Source of the DNA: Pocillopora damicornis
Lineage: Eukaryota
Assembly (NCBI RefSeq): GCF_003704095.1
Contig: NW_020847208.1
Span: 1 to 64,000 of the forward strand
Direction: 5' to 3'
DNA: 64,000 nt
The notes beneath the pieces are model-generated. The model ran no database searches, was not told the origin of the DNA, and was given only the letters and a program-made list of their open reading frames with translations. A program made the translations under genes and the position numbers. Below, piece after piece: positions 48,901 through 63,400 of the stretch (its first letter is position 1; each line of letters begins with the position of its first letter).

Positions 48901-49550
48901 ACCCTTGCAAGCCATTGCAAAAATTTCGTTTCACGGTGGTTGTGTATCACCGTAGTAAAAATTTGTTTCACAAAGACTTTGGCAAATTTAAATATGCTCC
49001 ATTGAACACTCTATAATTCGGTTCCTACTCTAATAGGGCGTCACGCTCCCGAAAGAGAGCCTTTTAGTCACACTATCAATAAAATATCTTGCTCTGTGTC
49101 TTTGGTGTAAGGAAGACTGACTTTTGCGAATTGCAGAAATTAAATAGTTGACGTTTAGGTAGAGTTTATGTTCGAGTTTGAGGGAGTTGTCTGCTTAATT
49201 TAGAACGCTTCGGGTGTCGATTCACTGCACTTCGCAGGAGTCAAAAGGTATTTGTGCAATTCTCGTTTGAAGCAATTGACGAGGCGAACAGTCACGCTGG
49301 CATAGAGAAATAACTCCCAGCCATTTATGGTTAGGCCAACGAAATCTGAAATGTAAATCTAGAAATTCCAAAAGTGTACTCCCAAAGGTACGATGTGTAC
49401 ATTCGAATCCAATTTTAGGCGACACTGGAGTGGATCGAGGCCACGGCGCCTGTGCAAGGCTAGTGGTCAACTCACCTGCTCAAAATGGATTACACCTTTC
49501 ACAGGGCTGTTATTGGGCAATAAAACGCAAACTGCCTTTGGTCCTGACAT
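45915..49550 (-). CDS. SOD1: Canonical cytosolic Cu/Zn superoxide dismutase; 5 exons (49550-49476, ~48315-48221, ~47776-47707, ~46620-46503, 46022-45915)
   Basis: [45 protein letters not shown]...[34 protein letters not shown]; all Cu and Zn ligands and Arg143 present. Confidence 0.96.
47095..47695. mobile_element. Nested and adjacent piggyBac-like MITEs in SOD1 intron 3
   Basis: Inner copy 47233-47436 (ttaaCCCTTT...AAAGGGttat) interrupts an outer copy 47097-47497; a third copy ends at ~47693. Confidence 0.7.
48540..48743. mobile_element. Degenerate piggyBac-like MITE
   Basis: Ends aaaagggttaa; internal aatttctct...atcaatacac is shared with the family. Confidence 0.5.
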
Positions 49551-50544
49551 TGTAAAATAAACGATAATTCACCACGTCAAGGGCACATGTGCAGAACAAA
49601 CCTTCGAGTGTTCTGTCGCATTCGAACATGTGACCATTAAGAGCTTGGCCCTCAGAGGAACTTGGGAAAAAATGGACGATACCGCCATAGATGCCTTGTC
49701 ATGATTTGTCATCATAACTACCATTACAGATTTCTTTCTTTTCTTTTCCCATTACTTAAGGAAAAATGTCGGAAGACTAATGTAAGATTCGCCCTTCGCT
49801 CATTAATTAGTTTTGTTCTCTTAATTTAACAGCCACAAACCTCTTTGTTTTCATCAAAGGCCGCTCATGGACACCATGAATTACGTAACATGAAACACTG
49901 ATCATAAATGATCAGACCCCTCATTTGAGGGTGAGGATAATTCCAAAGAGAAAATTCAGCCCGTAAGAGTATTAGAAAGATTAAAGAGGATCAAATGCCT
50001 CAGGAATCAAAATACGAGTAGGGATCTTCGAATGATCTCAAAAGGGATGCAGAGGAAAGAAGCGAGTGAAGCTTGCGAGTTTCCCGCCCCGACACAATCT
50101 CTCGCCACCAACAGATATTAATTGCTTTCCCTAGTTATTTGTTGATCGATTGATTCATTTATGAATCGAGTCGTACGTTAATTAACAAGGAGCGCATTGA
50201 CTGGGTCTCCTCGCCTTCTAGCGATAACNNNNNNNNNNNNNNNNNNNNNNNNNNNNNNNNNNNNNNNNNNNNNNNNNNNNNNNNNNNNNNNNNNNNNNNN
50301 NNNNNNNNNNNNNNNNNNNNNNNNNNNNTAATGTAATTTTCTCTACTTTCTCAAGAAATATCAACAGTTGTATGTGTCTACAGCTAAGCAGCTTTAACAT
50401 CAAGAAGAGCTACGCGGTAACTAGCTTAGTCAGTCAGCTAAGGAACTACAGTTAGAAGGATTACTTAGATGTGAAAAGTGCTATGAATCTCGCTTGCGGT
50501 TAGGAAAGAGAGGAGTCCACAAGTATCAACAATGAACGAACTAA

Positions 50545-51035
50545 GGCTACGTTCAAACGGTGCCAAACGAATTTTCGACAGGCCAAAGATTTCGACCGGA
50601 CATTCTGTTCACACGGAACCGCGCGAAAGTTTCGTTCTGATCAGATGGAACTGGTAATAAGATGAATTTTATGACATTTTTCAGCGTTTTACCGTCTCCT
50701 CATGCGCAAGACGCTTCTTAACCCAATGCAAAATGGCGTCCAGCGTTTTCGCTGCTTCGACGTTTTCGATTTACAGAAAGATGTACGACGTTTTTTAACT
50801 CGATTTTGTGACATTATCAAGACATCAACACAACGTCGCCTACGTGCGTGGTAAGTTAGGCATGGCCTACATATTTACGAGAAAAAAATTTGTCCTCTAT
50901 TTTGGTGTTCAAGTTTTCCAACGCTTGGGCGTCCAAATTTCCTCACGTTTGGCGTGGTTCCATGTGAACGAAACGCCCAAACGCACGAATTTTCCACTGA
51001 TGGAAAATTCGTCCGGTACCGTGTGAACCGTAGCC
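50545..51035. mobile_element. PIF/Harbinger-like MITE
   Basis: TIRs GGCTACGTTCAAACGGTGCC..CGAATTTTC / GAAAATTCG.CCGGTACCGTGTGAACCGTAGCC; flanks TAA and TGA. Confidence 0.7.
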
Positions 51036-51358
51036 TGATGAGAAGCTAAGAATCGTTCCACTTCAACCATGACAGACGCAATTAGTAAGCGACGAAAATG
51101 CCTTGAATTTGAAAGTAACGCGCTATGACATCAGAAACAGATAAAGTGCAACCACACTTTCTTTCTCCAAACTAATACAACATTAGTATTACATTTAACA
51201 AAATATAAGCTAAAGACAAGCATTCCCAGACAAAAACTGTAAAGCACGCAAACTTGATCCACCTTGCTACCCAACTGACAAACCCAATAACTTAGTTAAG
51301 ATTATAAATTAAGAGCAACATCAGGGTAGCGACAAATACGGGAAATCCTTCAGGCGTC

Positions 51359-54300
51359 TTACAGCAAGCCTTTGGGACTCTTACAAACAGGAATGTAGCA
51401 GGGAGCGCTCGGATCGAGGCCACTGTTGGACAACTCAATGTGATTTGGAGAGATGAGATGATTGGAGGCGAAGCGAGGAACTCCGGGCGAATCGCCGGCA
51501 GTGTAGGTTGTAGCGGTGGGCATGACAGCCATCACTTCAGCGATCTTCAGCTTCAAGGATTCGATCTCTCGATCCTTGGTCTTAAGGTTGGTTTGTGCAA
51601 TCTCCAGCTGTCTGCGCGTGTCGCCTAACGCCGAGAACAAGTCCAGCTTCAAGCGAGTCTCCGAGCTCAAGCTGTTTTCTAGGTGAGTGTTTTTGCCTTG
51701 CATAGCTGTCAGCGCAGACATTAACACCTCCGTTTCCTTCTTCAGCTGCATGCTGTCATATTCCCTGGTCTTCTGTCGCAGCGTTTCAGCCTCCTTGTCG
51801 ACGCGTTTTATTTCTTCTTCCTTCTCCTGCAGAAGAGCACGCAACTGGCGGCTGTCTTCTTCCAGCTCGATCCTAAGCGCATTACACGCATCATGGCCTG
51901 TCGTTTCATCGCGCTGCTTTGCTGCGGCGTCCTCAGCTTTTTGTCTTTTGCGCTCCTCGCGCAACTGACTCTCCGCCAAAAGCCGGGAATCTCGCTCAGT
52001 TTTTAGCTTTCGTTCCAGAGAGGAGACTGTATTACGATCTTGCTGGCGCGCAGACGACATGTTTTGCAATCTGTGAATAAAATCATAAACATTCCATTAT
52101 TTTTGCGACTTAACCCTTCACCTCTAAGAGTGACTAGCATCTAATTTCTCCTTACAGAATCACCCCTGTAGCAAACTTTAAGCTCGTGTAAATAAAGGAA
52201 ATAATCCCCAACTACAGAAGCTATCGATTGTTACACAAATTCTTAATGTCAGTACCATATAAAATGTGATTGGAAGAGTATGGAGAATATGCATGCTGAT
52301 ATTGGGGCGTGAGGGTAAAAGTGCCTTTTCATTTAGTGCCGTAAAACCAAAACCAAACTAATAACGACAGTTAATAAGAACAAGGGGAAATATTACAAGC
52401 CAATGAGGACTCCAACTTAAAACCAGCAAACTACCTGAAACGCGGGGAAACGCGAGCGGCCAGGTCATGTCTGGTTTTAGTTTAGCATCTGATTGGTTGA
52501 GAATTTCGCGCGAGTTTTCTAAACCAACTACAAAGCGGTGTGAAGTAAAACCAAAGCAATCTCGATTCCTTCTCGACAGACAATCGAAAGTTGCTCTAAT
52601 CAACAATTAGATAACGTGCTAGAGATTTCTAGCGCACGATAACAATTGAGGGCAAAGCCCAAATCAATTTCAAGCATAGAGATTGAGAGCGAATAATCTA
52701 ATTGTTTTAGTATAAATATACAAGCCACTCAAAGTATACAACCGCGCAATGTCAGGCAACTCACTCCATCCACTTAGAATGATATCTACCAAGGAATTGA
52801 TGGCGAGTAGCACAGCCAATCAGACTACAGCATTTGTGACGGAATGCTAGCGGTGATATACTCGAGAACAAGAATACTTTCAAAACGAAAGCTATGCAGA
52901 AAAGATAAAAATTTCCTCAATGCATCCAATTCATTTCCTAACCCTCCCTTTTGCTGAGTCTCACGTGAATGCCCGGAATTATCCAACCTCCAAAGAAACA
53001 AAGGAAACAAATCTGAACGAAGGAAAGCAAACAACCTTCTTCAGGCACGGGACTACCACTTGATCAAGTTTTGAATGATTTTGGTTGGGTAATCTGATAG
53101 GTCAGATAAGCATCACAAGTTTTCCGTTTAAAATTTCCAAAGAACCTGTTGTTCTGCATCGACAGAAAAGTTTTCCCAACAAATGAGATCGGGTAGTACA
53201 GGACCCTATGAACACTGTAGTTCCAGATTGTCGAAAAAGAAACTTGAATGTATTCCGAATTTAGTTATTCTTTAGGGTGAGAGAGAAACGAACTACTGGC
53301 TCTATTGCATATAAACACCTCAGCTCTACTTACTTCTGTTGAATAACCTCGCACTCAGCCTTTAACTGCTGTAATTCTACCTTAGTGGAGCGCTCACTGG
53401 CCATCAGGCTGTGCATAGTGGACCTCAGTTCCTGCTCTCCCTGCCGACTCGTCTGCAGTTCCACTCTGAGTCGTTTACTATCATTCTCTAGTTGGGATAA
53501 ATTGCTCTCAGCACGACGACTGAAAGTAATAATAAAAGCAAGAAATAAAAAAACAAAAAAAACAAAACACTTTTAGTCTTGGTTTGAAGGGAAATACATC
53601 TTTCCAATCAGTACGCTACATTTTAACCCGGGATGACAGCAAAGACACTCGTCAGATAGGGATTGGAAAAAATTAGAAGGGAGAAAAAATGTCTCTTTTT
53701 CCATGGGAAAAACGGCAAAAGAAGCAGTTATAAATCAAGAGGGGTTAAGAACAGTTAAGGATAAAGAAGATTGAACGTTGTTACTTTCACAATGCACACA
53801 CTGCTATTTAGCTCTTTGTGGTTCTGAAGGAACTCGTACCCCACGGAGACATAATAAATGCTTCGCTTACCGTAGCAGCCTCTCCTCTTTAAGTTGAGAA
53901 AAGAGACTGGGTCCAAGGTCAACTGACTGAGATTTCTCATGTCCCTGAGAAATTAAGAGAGGATCACAGCCATGAGACCAACAAGGAAAGGAATAAACAA
54001 ACACAACAACAACAAAACCGGCCTAAAAATAGAGCGACTGAGAGCTTCTCAGACACACCTTGGGTGAGTTACTCCTGCTGTTCTTTCGACTGTTATTGAT
54101 GGAGCTACTCGACGCACTTAAAGAATCACTATCAGACTCATCATTGTCCTCTTCGTCATTCTCGTCGTACTCCTTCAACTTTTCATTTCCTTTTGCGCCA
54201 TTTTTCTTTGAGGATTTTCCTATAACTCCATTGAGTGCTGCGCGAGGTTGCTGCCCTACTTTCCCGCTCTTATGACTCCCCTCTAACGAAAGTTTATCAA

Positions 54301-57300
54301 GTTCATTTAAGTTATGATCCTCGCTGGTCTTCTTCGATGTAAAGTTTGAAAGCACGTCAAGTTCTTTCAACAATGCATTTCCCTTCAAAGTAGGCCTTGA
54401 CTCTAGATCACTTAGTTTTAAGCCACGACGACTGGCCTCTTTAGCTATTAAGAGTTCAAGATCTGTTTTAGTGTTAATTCCATTTGTCATTACTGGTACA
54501 GGCCGACCTCTTGGTGATGCGACTTCGCCATTAGCAACTTTACCATTACATATAGCTGAAAGTTAAGAATGAAGAAAACCAAGTCAATAATATATCTTTC
54601 TCAAAAAATTTTTGACCTTCAGCTGTACATGTACACAAAAATAGTTAAACTGCGTGTACGGCTCTGCCATGCTCCAGTTTCCGTTTCAATTCAGCGACTT
54701 TGCGGTGTAGTCATCTCTATCCAAGTTACCATTTGGCGCCCCCAAATCTTCAAATGTTCTTCAGAAATGAAACTTTAGTCACCAATGAAGTTAAAAAAAA
54801 CAAAAACAACAAAAACAATCAAAGAAAAGCACAATATTCTTAACTGCACAAAACAACTCTGGAGAAAAAGGCAATGACGTAGTATAAATAAAATTTCTTG
54901 TAAAAGTTTACTTCACATCAACTAAAGACCCTGAATGATAAGAAGTGGAAAGCTTAAGCTTTGGAGCACGAATACTAAATACAGGAAGGCAATCTGGCAA
55001 CCTAAAAGTTTAGTTGCCAAAATGTTTTGACTACCTGAAATAAACACAATGGTCACAGCTTGGAGAAATGTGGAATTTATCTATCCAAACATAATAATTT
55101 GGTGTAAACGTAATTTAAATTTGATTTGTAAAAAATTATATAAATTTATTTTTTGATGACCATCTGCCATTCACTAAACCTTCCCTTACGTACTAACCAT
55201 CTAACTCCAGTTTTAAACAAAGGGAAATTCCATAAAAATCCTGTGCAAGGCAACATCATACCTCTTGATGATCTCTCTGTTGCCTCTGCATGGTTATTTG
55301 TTTCAGGAGGCAGTGCCAGATTAATTAGCTGCATATAAAACTCATTTTCTTTAGCAACATGCTGTACTCTTCTCTGTGAAATGGAGTAAAATAAAAATAA
55401 ACAAATAAGAACCCCCAATGGAACATAACCTTAGCACCTACAGGTTTGTCAAATTAAGCTGGCTCTGAAAAATCCACCAGCTGCAGTGGAAGCATGACAG
55501 CGTGCCTCAAATTTTGTATCATAAACTGATTCCTAAAAATATTCTTTGAATACCCTGCAAATAGCAAATACTAACCCACAAGAATTTTCTGTGACTCTTT
55601 TTTTTTTTCTTTTGTCTTGATTTCTCTCAGATTAGACATTCCTTAGTGATTAATTGGTCACAGAAAACTCAGAATTACAATAAAATAAAGAGATTTCTCA
55701 GAAAGTGAAATTCCTTGCGAACAAAAATTTACCACCTGTTTCCTCCATAAATGCATTTTTCTGACAGATGACAAAGTAAATGTGAATATATTTTGGGGGC
55801 CTGAATAACAGCTGAGAAAATAGGCCCTGTCTACCATTCACAGCTGACAGTGCTCTACATTGCTACTGCATTCCATACATAAATTATAAAAATTGAAAAA
55901 CTTCAGGAGAACATAAGAGATGTTTTTCTCAAATTGCTGCTGGATGAAAGAGCTTGCTATTTGGTCACAGACAGGGAACAGTTGTCACCCACAACTAAAA
56001 AAAAATTTAGTTGTTCTAACTGCCTTCTCATTTCTAATTACACTGGCATACATAAATTTTCAGGATGTGTCTGTTTCTCTTCAGGTTAATGCCAATATGA
56101 AGGGTTTGTTCAAAGCTTAACTACAAAATCACCCTTCATCAGAAAGAATAACTATCCCTATGGAGGAATGGTTGTGCTTTGTGTCCAAATTTGACAATAA
56201 ATTTTGATGTTTCAGCTACCATGTAAGTGATCATTGCCATCAGCAATTTGTGAAATGAATGAATTTATTTATGTTTAAATCTGAAGCCAATACTGTAGCC
56301 ATAATTCAAACTACATGCTCATCCACACGCACAAATTTCACACTCTCTGCATGATGACTTCTTGATCATCTACTGTGCTCACGAGAGAAATGATCACACG
56401 TGGCCATTTAACATCATGCTGAGAGCTGTCCTTACCTGACGCATTTTATAGCCTACATAACTCTTAACACCATAGCCAAGTGTAACAACAGGATAACCAA
56501 TGCTGAAAAAAAAAAAAAGATCAGTCAAAGAATTCTTTCATTAAATCAGATATTGCCTCAAAAAGGGCAACAGATTCCCATCAGTAGCCAACAAAAAAAG
56601 AGGGTTCGCTTTTAGATATCAGAAGTGAAGTGGCAAGTTTAGGGAGGGGAATTTTCTTCAAAAATATTCTACATACAAGTAAAATATCTGAGGGAGGAAT
56701 TAATAAAGTAATGGTTATTGCTCAAGAACACAAGGTATATCAGCCCTAATTTAGGTCTATACGTCCTCAATATTGTGTTAGTATTATAAGAACAAAATTT
56801 ACATGCCAATATTCATAGCACTTAAAACAGTAAAATCTGCTATCAGCTAAATATCTCAAAATGACAAGTGAAAGCTTAATGTACAGAGGAGACATCAGTT
56901 GATAACTCTAAATATTAACAAAGCTGTATTAAAACACTGAAAATCAGTATAATGCGGGCAAAATGAGACAAAAAGAGCATTAATTTAAAAGTAGCAGCTC
57001 TGTGCAAGTCACACATTCTATATAGGAGTCTACAGAATGTTAACCAGGGTTTTCTTTGAGAAATTTAGTTGCAAGAGAACTGTGTGAAGAAACAGGAAAA
57101 AATTCTCAACAAATTTTCTTAAGAACATGCACAAGCCATCAAATGTAGACAGAGAATTATGCATGCCACCCAGAGAATTCTCTGATATCTAATGTATACA
57201 AAGCACCCTGTTTTCCTGCTGTGACAAACTCACTGTAGCATGACAATTGGTCAGATGTACTCACTTTTCCTAAAGCCTCAGGCTGTTATGTCTGGGCATC

Positions 57301-59472
57301 AAAACATGATGCACTTACAAATTTTCATTCACAATAAAATTGTGATTATTCAAATTTCTAGTGGTAAAAGAGTTGGTTTGAATGATTGGGAGGGTTGGAA
57401 AATTAGGGGTTGAAAATCAGTGCTCAAGTGGGTTAATGAAGCATCTTTAAACCTGAACTACTAGGGTTTTCAGAAACAAGAGGGCTAGTGAAATAAAAAT
57501 TCTACTGTAGGTGGTGCAGTAGACTTTTATTATTTAAGCAAGAAAAAAGGCATTCATTGTCAACAAATACTTGACTAACCAGCCTTTCAGTTGCATCAAA
57601 TAATGTCAAACAAATTTAGGAGGGAAATGGTGTAAGTGAAAACAAGATCACAAGCTCAGTTGACAATGGGAGGCTTGTGTGGTTACAACAGCTTAAGACA
57701 CAACTTCCTATTAACTAGAGAAATTTTCTTATATTTCAAAAAAACTCTTGGAGCAAATTCTCTGTGCCTGCTTTATCTGTGAATTTCATTTAAGGCAGTG
57801 CCATGAGGAAAACGGTTGACTGTGCTTTTATCCAGATTATCTTCATTAAAAATGAACAATTTGTATCACAGTGGTTTAAAATTAACGGCAAGATATAGAA
57901 CGGGTTCGAACAAAATAACCAAAGAAAGTGGTACAATGTACGCGAAGCAAGTAGGAAACTACAATTGTGAAATGAAAAGATTATTTAAAAAAATAACCTT
58001 CACGTTTTTCGTTTAAATTTTGAAGAGACGAAATCCTCTTTGAGCTTCCATCTAAGCATCTTAAACTAAATCGTAGTTAAATGATTAATTACTCGCAAAA
58101 GTGAGAACTCCCGAAGTCTCAACAGAAAAACTGACATAAAAATGGCAGTACATTACAAATTGGAGATATTTTATTCATCAAGATAATATCAGAAAATGGA
58201 ATCTCATGCTTGAAAAAGCCAAATTTTGAGAAAAACCTTTCGACGAAGCTTTCTGACTACAATAGGACCTTACTTCCGACGCTAATACGAACTGCTTTGC
58301 ATGAAATAACCAGCTGCCTCTGAAAATGTCAGGGAAGAATATAAATTAGGGAAGCACTTTACTTTTTTCCCGAGAAAGTGCTTCCACCTCCTTGTTAAAA
58401 GAAAGTATAACTCATCATAGACAGCCAAATTAATAGTATCACGGCAATGCAAAAAGCTCAAACTTACCAATGAGCGGCGAACGGTCGACATAAGTCTAAA
58501 TGAAATGGGAGATTTTTCAGTTCGCGAAGTCGAACCGACGCTTCTACATATACAAACAGTAACCATAGACTAACGGTTGGAACACATAAACCACGATCTG
58601 AAAACAGAACAAGCCGTCAATAATTAGACTATAGAATGATGAAATATTTAACCATAAACTTCCAATAGACTTGTGAAAACTCTGTAACGTTTATATCTGA
58701 TTCACGGCGATTTCAGGAATACTATATCTTGATCCACCAGCCGACCTGACGAAATGTAAACATTGGAAATTTTCCTCGAGTGAATGAAGTTATACCCGCC
58801 TTTAACAACTTTTATCGGCTAAAAATTATCTCTCTAGGATTACCTGTATGCCAGACGAACTGAACCCAGACGTATGTGCTAGCCGCAAAGAATAACCAAT
58901 GCACAGGGAGAAACATCAAACATATTAAGTCTGAACAGAACGCCAGTGTGAGAAACAGAAGAGAGAAAGCCTGAAAAAATGTAACAGGAAAATTCAAAAC
59001 TAAAACGAGATTACAGACGCTAGGACAATTTCAAAGTAAAACCGCATTAGCCTAGCAATGTTGGGATTATTCTGAGGGCCAATGAATAACGAGAAACGCA
59101 TGATTTACGGTAAATTACGTGAAAATAGTAACTCGACTTACCAAACCTTGGTACTTGAACGAGTCGTAAGCACTCCGTAACAGTAGCCAAAAAGGCCAAA
59201 GATATTCAAAGCGAAATTCCAATAGGAAGTCGGCAGTCAACACCATAATCCATACTAAGAAAAATCTGACGTACAGAAATACACTAGATGAAACAGAAAT
59301 TAAGAACAGATCAGAAAACCAACCATAAATTCATGGTTTTCAATGCGAGCGGCCAGAGGCCAATGTTTCTGACTCAACATTTCGACTTTTACCTTCCATA
59401 TATCGATTCTGTGATGCGAGAACGTTTTAAAGGTCTTCTAAGTTTCGAAGGATCAATACTTCGTCTCTTCAT
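51359..59472 (-). CDS. MACO1: Macoilin (TMEM57), about 9 exons
   Basis: MKRRSIDPSKLRRPLKRSRITESIYG; ADFLLEFRFEYLWPFWLLLRSAYDSFKYQGL; WLFFAASTYVWVQFVWHT; DLCRPFAAH; LMSALTAMQGKNTHLENSLSSETRLKLDLFSALGD. Confidence 0.95.
52110..52600. mobile_element. piggyBac-like MITE (52110-52317) followed by a second interspersed repeat (52322-52598)
   Basis: ttaacccttcacctctaagagtgactagcatctaatttctcc matches 16350; second repeat has ttttcatttagtgccgtaaaaccaaaacc...caatcgaaagttgctcta. Confidence 0.6.
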
Positions 59473-60485
59473 TTCGACATGTGGTTCATCGAGTGTGGTT
59501 TACGGTAAGCGTGAATATGAAAAATATAGAATTAACACAGTGAGGAGAACGAATAACTAAACTGATTTCCCTGAGTAATCGACCATTGCGCTTGCGTGAA
59601 GTGACGTCACATGGAGCTATCACATGGCCACCGTTCCCTCGAACCCGCCCCTGTCGTGTCCTCCAGGGAATTAACCAGGCATGAAGGAAAAATTGCATTT
59701 ACAACTACAATCTCACCCTTTTCAAATAAAATCATTTCCAGTTAGTTCCTTCAAAGCAGGGTTAATTTCTCGTCATTTCTCATTAGAATAGGCCACTATG
59801 GACTAGGTTTGACTGAGGGGTCCCTTCGACTACCTTAACCGCTCTTAAGCTGGGCAGTTGCACGTGAGACTTTCCAAATATGATTATTATTCCACTAATA
59901 AAAAAAACTTATCATTTCGCAAAATTGCTCCAATAACTGACAAACGAATGTAATCTTTGTGAACTCACAATACCTTAGTTAGCTTCTTATCCAATCATAA
60001 CAGGTTCCCATTGGTATCAAAACATCTCCAGGTTTAAACCAAGGGGAAGTAAAATTAGTTCGAGTTAACGAATCAACCGAGTTCGAGCTAACCGCAACGC
60101 AAGAGCCCCCCTCCCCCACCGCCATCCCCACGAGCAATTTGCCAGTGTGCTATTACTCATCTACTTTTCTGTGTGAGAGAGTTTCAATTTTCCTGCTCAA
60201 AAGCACAATACGATGACCCAGCTAGTATTAAAAACCCAACCCGAAGTCCTGACCACAGTGTGCTGTGGCCTGGATTGATTCAAGTAAAGAAAAGGAGGTG
60301 AGATTCAGTTTCATTCATCATCCATTTTATTAAGAAAGAAGAAGAAAAATCCATAAAAATTGAGAACAATTTATTATGGTTTGATGGATTCTTTTTCAAC
60401 TTTAGCCCTATACGGGGACTAACTTAAGGTGAATTTCCAATACCTAATTGAATCGCCATGAACGGCTTATACGGTTTTAATATGC

Positions 60486-63400
60486 TTATATGCCTATATG
60501 CTTTTCATCTGTTGACTTGAACCCTAATTCTTCTTCATCAGAAGTAATCCCCTTATTTTCAATTGCTCCATCGATGACAGTGTCATCATCACGCTGGGTG
60601 CTGCCCTTTCCGTTTTTATCAATTTGCTGGGCTTGGGTGCCATCCTCAGAAAGTTGCGATGCAGTCTTCTGGTGAGCAGGAATCTCCTCCTCATTCGCAA
60701 GGCATGCTAGTTGTAAACCGTTGCCAAATACTTGGGAATCCTTTTGTCGCACCACACCTCCACTCATCTCTTCGGTTTCGGCCTCAGTCGAGGAAGGTTT
60801 AATAACAACGGGCTTCCAGCACATGAAAGACAAGTAGACGGGCATGATACACAGTCCGTGTAGGAGACCAAGCACGACAATTCCGAAGAACATTTTGAAG
60901 AAAATCCGGAAGATTTCCGAAGCTGCAAATGCAAGTATGACCATACCAAGAAAAGTACTACAACCTGATAGACACAAACAAAATGAAAAAACAGTTGAGT
61001 TTTTAATTTACAAAAATCTATCAAAACTGCCGCATCAAGGCAATGTCGGAAAAAAATCATTTATTGATAGTTATCAAATTTTGATTCTTTAGGTCTGTCA
61101 GCTCGACAACCTAGGGAACTTGAACTTATATTTTCTTGCTCATATTCTCTGGATCGATAGAACGATACTCGATACTCGTACTTGAATATTTTTTTTTGTT
61201 CGCAAGGTCTCAAGTTTTTTTTCCCTGTTTCTGCTTCCTTTTGCAGTTTTCTACCAACCTACCAATTTCTTCTCGTAACTTTTGCGCGACCCCTGCGGAT
61301 GCCTTACGTTTGACCGCTGTGTCATCTACAGTGTACCACTCACCTCCCATGAGGACACTCGCACCTAGTGTGCTTAGAGCCTCTATCACTCGCTCATTGG
61401 CTGTTGCTTTGTCAGATGTCACGTAAGCATGCGCGACGTGCGCACTATAATCAACTGCAAAACCAATAGCCATGACAAGATTGACCATAGAGACTGTGTT
61501 CAGGGATACTCCCCAGATGACCATTAAACCAAATAACTCGCATATCAGGGCCGCAAAGTTAAGCAACACGAGGAGCGTCACGGTGAAGTCCACCAAAAAG
61601 GGGCTCGTGATGATTACGACCGTAAGGCCCGCGATCAATAGGTTCCTTATAGTCTCCCTTGACGTGATAGCGTACTGTTCAATGAAAATGAAATTCCGAT
61701 TGATCGGAAATGCATTTAGTTTCGATCTTTCGGTTATTTTTTCTCGTAACGTGATCATTGCATCTTTTCGAAAAGTGGAGCTGGCAGAATCCTTCATAAA
61801 ACCGAGTATGCGAGAAGCTTCCAACTTTGAGTTGTCTGCGGAGAAACGTAAGTCTTGATTGAAATATGCAAAGTCAGGGATACGGAGGAACGCTTTCAAT
61901 TCAGGCAAAAACCATTCACCAGTTATGTTCTTATTAGACTTCTTAGCATACTGTGCAAATGCATCCATCCACGAGAAAGACAGGTTTTTATAGTGTTTAT
62001 TCTCCGTGACGATTGACGTAAGTGCTCTGATTTGTTCCTGAGTGGAGCTCATTCCGTAATCGACCCCACCAGTCTCCACGATGCTCACTGGAATGGAAAG
62101 TTCAAAGTGATTTTGTTGAGCGGTCAGAAATCGTTTCAAGTATGAATCATCCTTTGCTAAGATTCTCCTATCAAACTCCTCGTCCACTTGAGTGACTCCA
62201 TAAATCCCAGCACCAAGGAGAGACAGTGAGAGGAAAATGACTACAATTTTAGTCGTCGGTTTTGTCACGAACTTGCCCCAGTACTCCATGGCACGATTTG
62301 ACGTCTGTGGAAGAGGCTCATCCCAGGCAGGCGCACCTTCCTTCGGCGGAGGGGCATGGCAGAATGGTAAACAGTCTCTGCGCCCCGACTTAATGCGTCT
62401 TACGTCAAATGACATGATGGCCACGAAGTATGTGACGATCATGAGAAAAGAGAAAGTGACGGTCAAACCGGCGTAGATACAGAAATACCTAAACGGAAGA
62501 AGTCTTTTAGTTTACAAACAGGCAATCATGAAAATAAACTGAGCCGATTCTAACTCTGGTCTGGGTAGTAAGCTCTCGGTGGGAGGGGGAAAGGAATTTG
62601 TTGTCACGCTTTAGGAGGATTGCTACGAAAGTTGATCATTTCATTATTGTTACTTTATTTGACAAATTGATTACCAATGTGACTTACAACAGTCAAACTA
62701 CAAATCAATCCCTTATGGTTTTCTTTTCAAAATTTAGAAAGACTGAAGTATCCTTAAAACATGCCACGTATTCAGTCACTAAAGCTTAGTGACCCACTAT
62801 ACTATTTTCCTTTCAATCTCTCACTCTGTAGGATGAAGTGAATAGCCCAGTTAGTCCAGGAGCTCCCCCGGGAACTCCTCAAGTTGCCAAACAATTGGTT
62901 ATTATTATTACTGATCGAAAGAGGCTTCGTGAGCGAGAAAGAAGTGTCTTGCCTAAGATGATCAGTGCTACATTCGAGAAGAGGGATGTAATTTAGTGTA
63001 AGTTAAATTCTCACTTAGTTTGCTCTATTTTACCTTATGGCCGGAAATGACGTGGAAGTGCTAACAGCAAACGCTACCAAATCGGTCATTGTTGTCATGC
63101 AAACAGTCGGCGCCGAATGCTTCATAACCGCTTTGATCTTTTCAACCGTTGAAAGATCACGTGGCTGTCGATCAAGCTCATCTACCATGATAAACATGTC
63201 GTCGATGCCGACTCCAAGAACCAGGAATGGAAGCACTCCCACGAGACTGATAAATGGCACTCGGAACCACATACCAAGGCCAAGCCCCGCCAAAATACCC
63301 AAAGCCACTGCGAACACTCCTGCGTTAGCGAGCAGGGAATGGCCGGTCAGCGGATTTAAGAACTTTCCTAGTATGAGGCAAGCAAACGAGATCATGATGG

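Noticed and set aside
56350-56422. C/D box snoRNA (ATGATGA...CTGA)
   Set aside because: The boxes are on the strand opposite the host gene, and the sense-strand boxes are non-canonical. Kept only as a hairpin.
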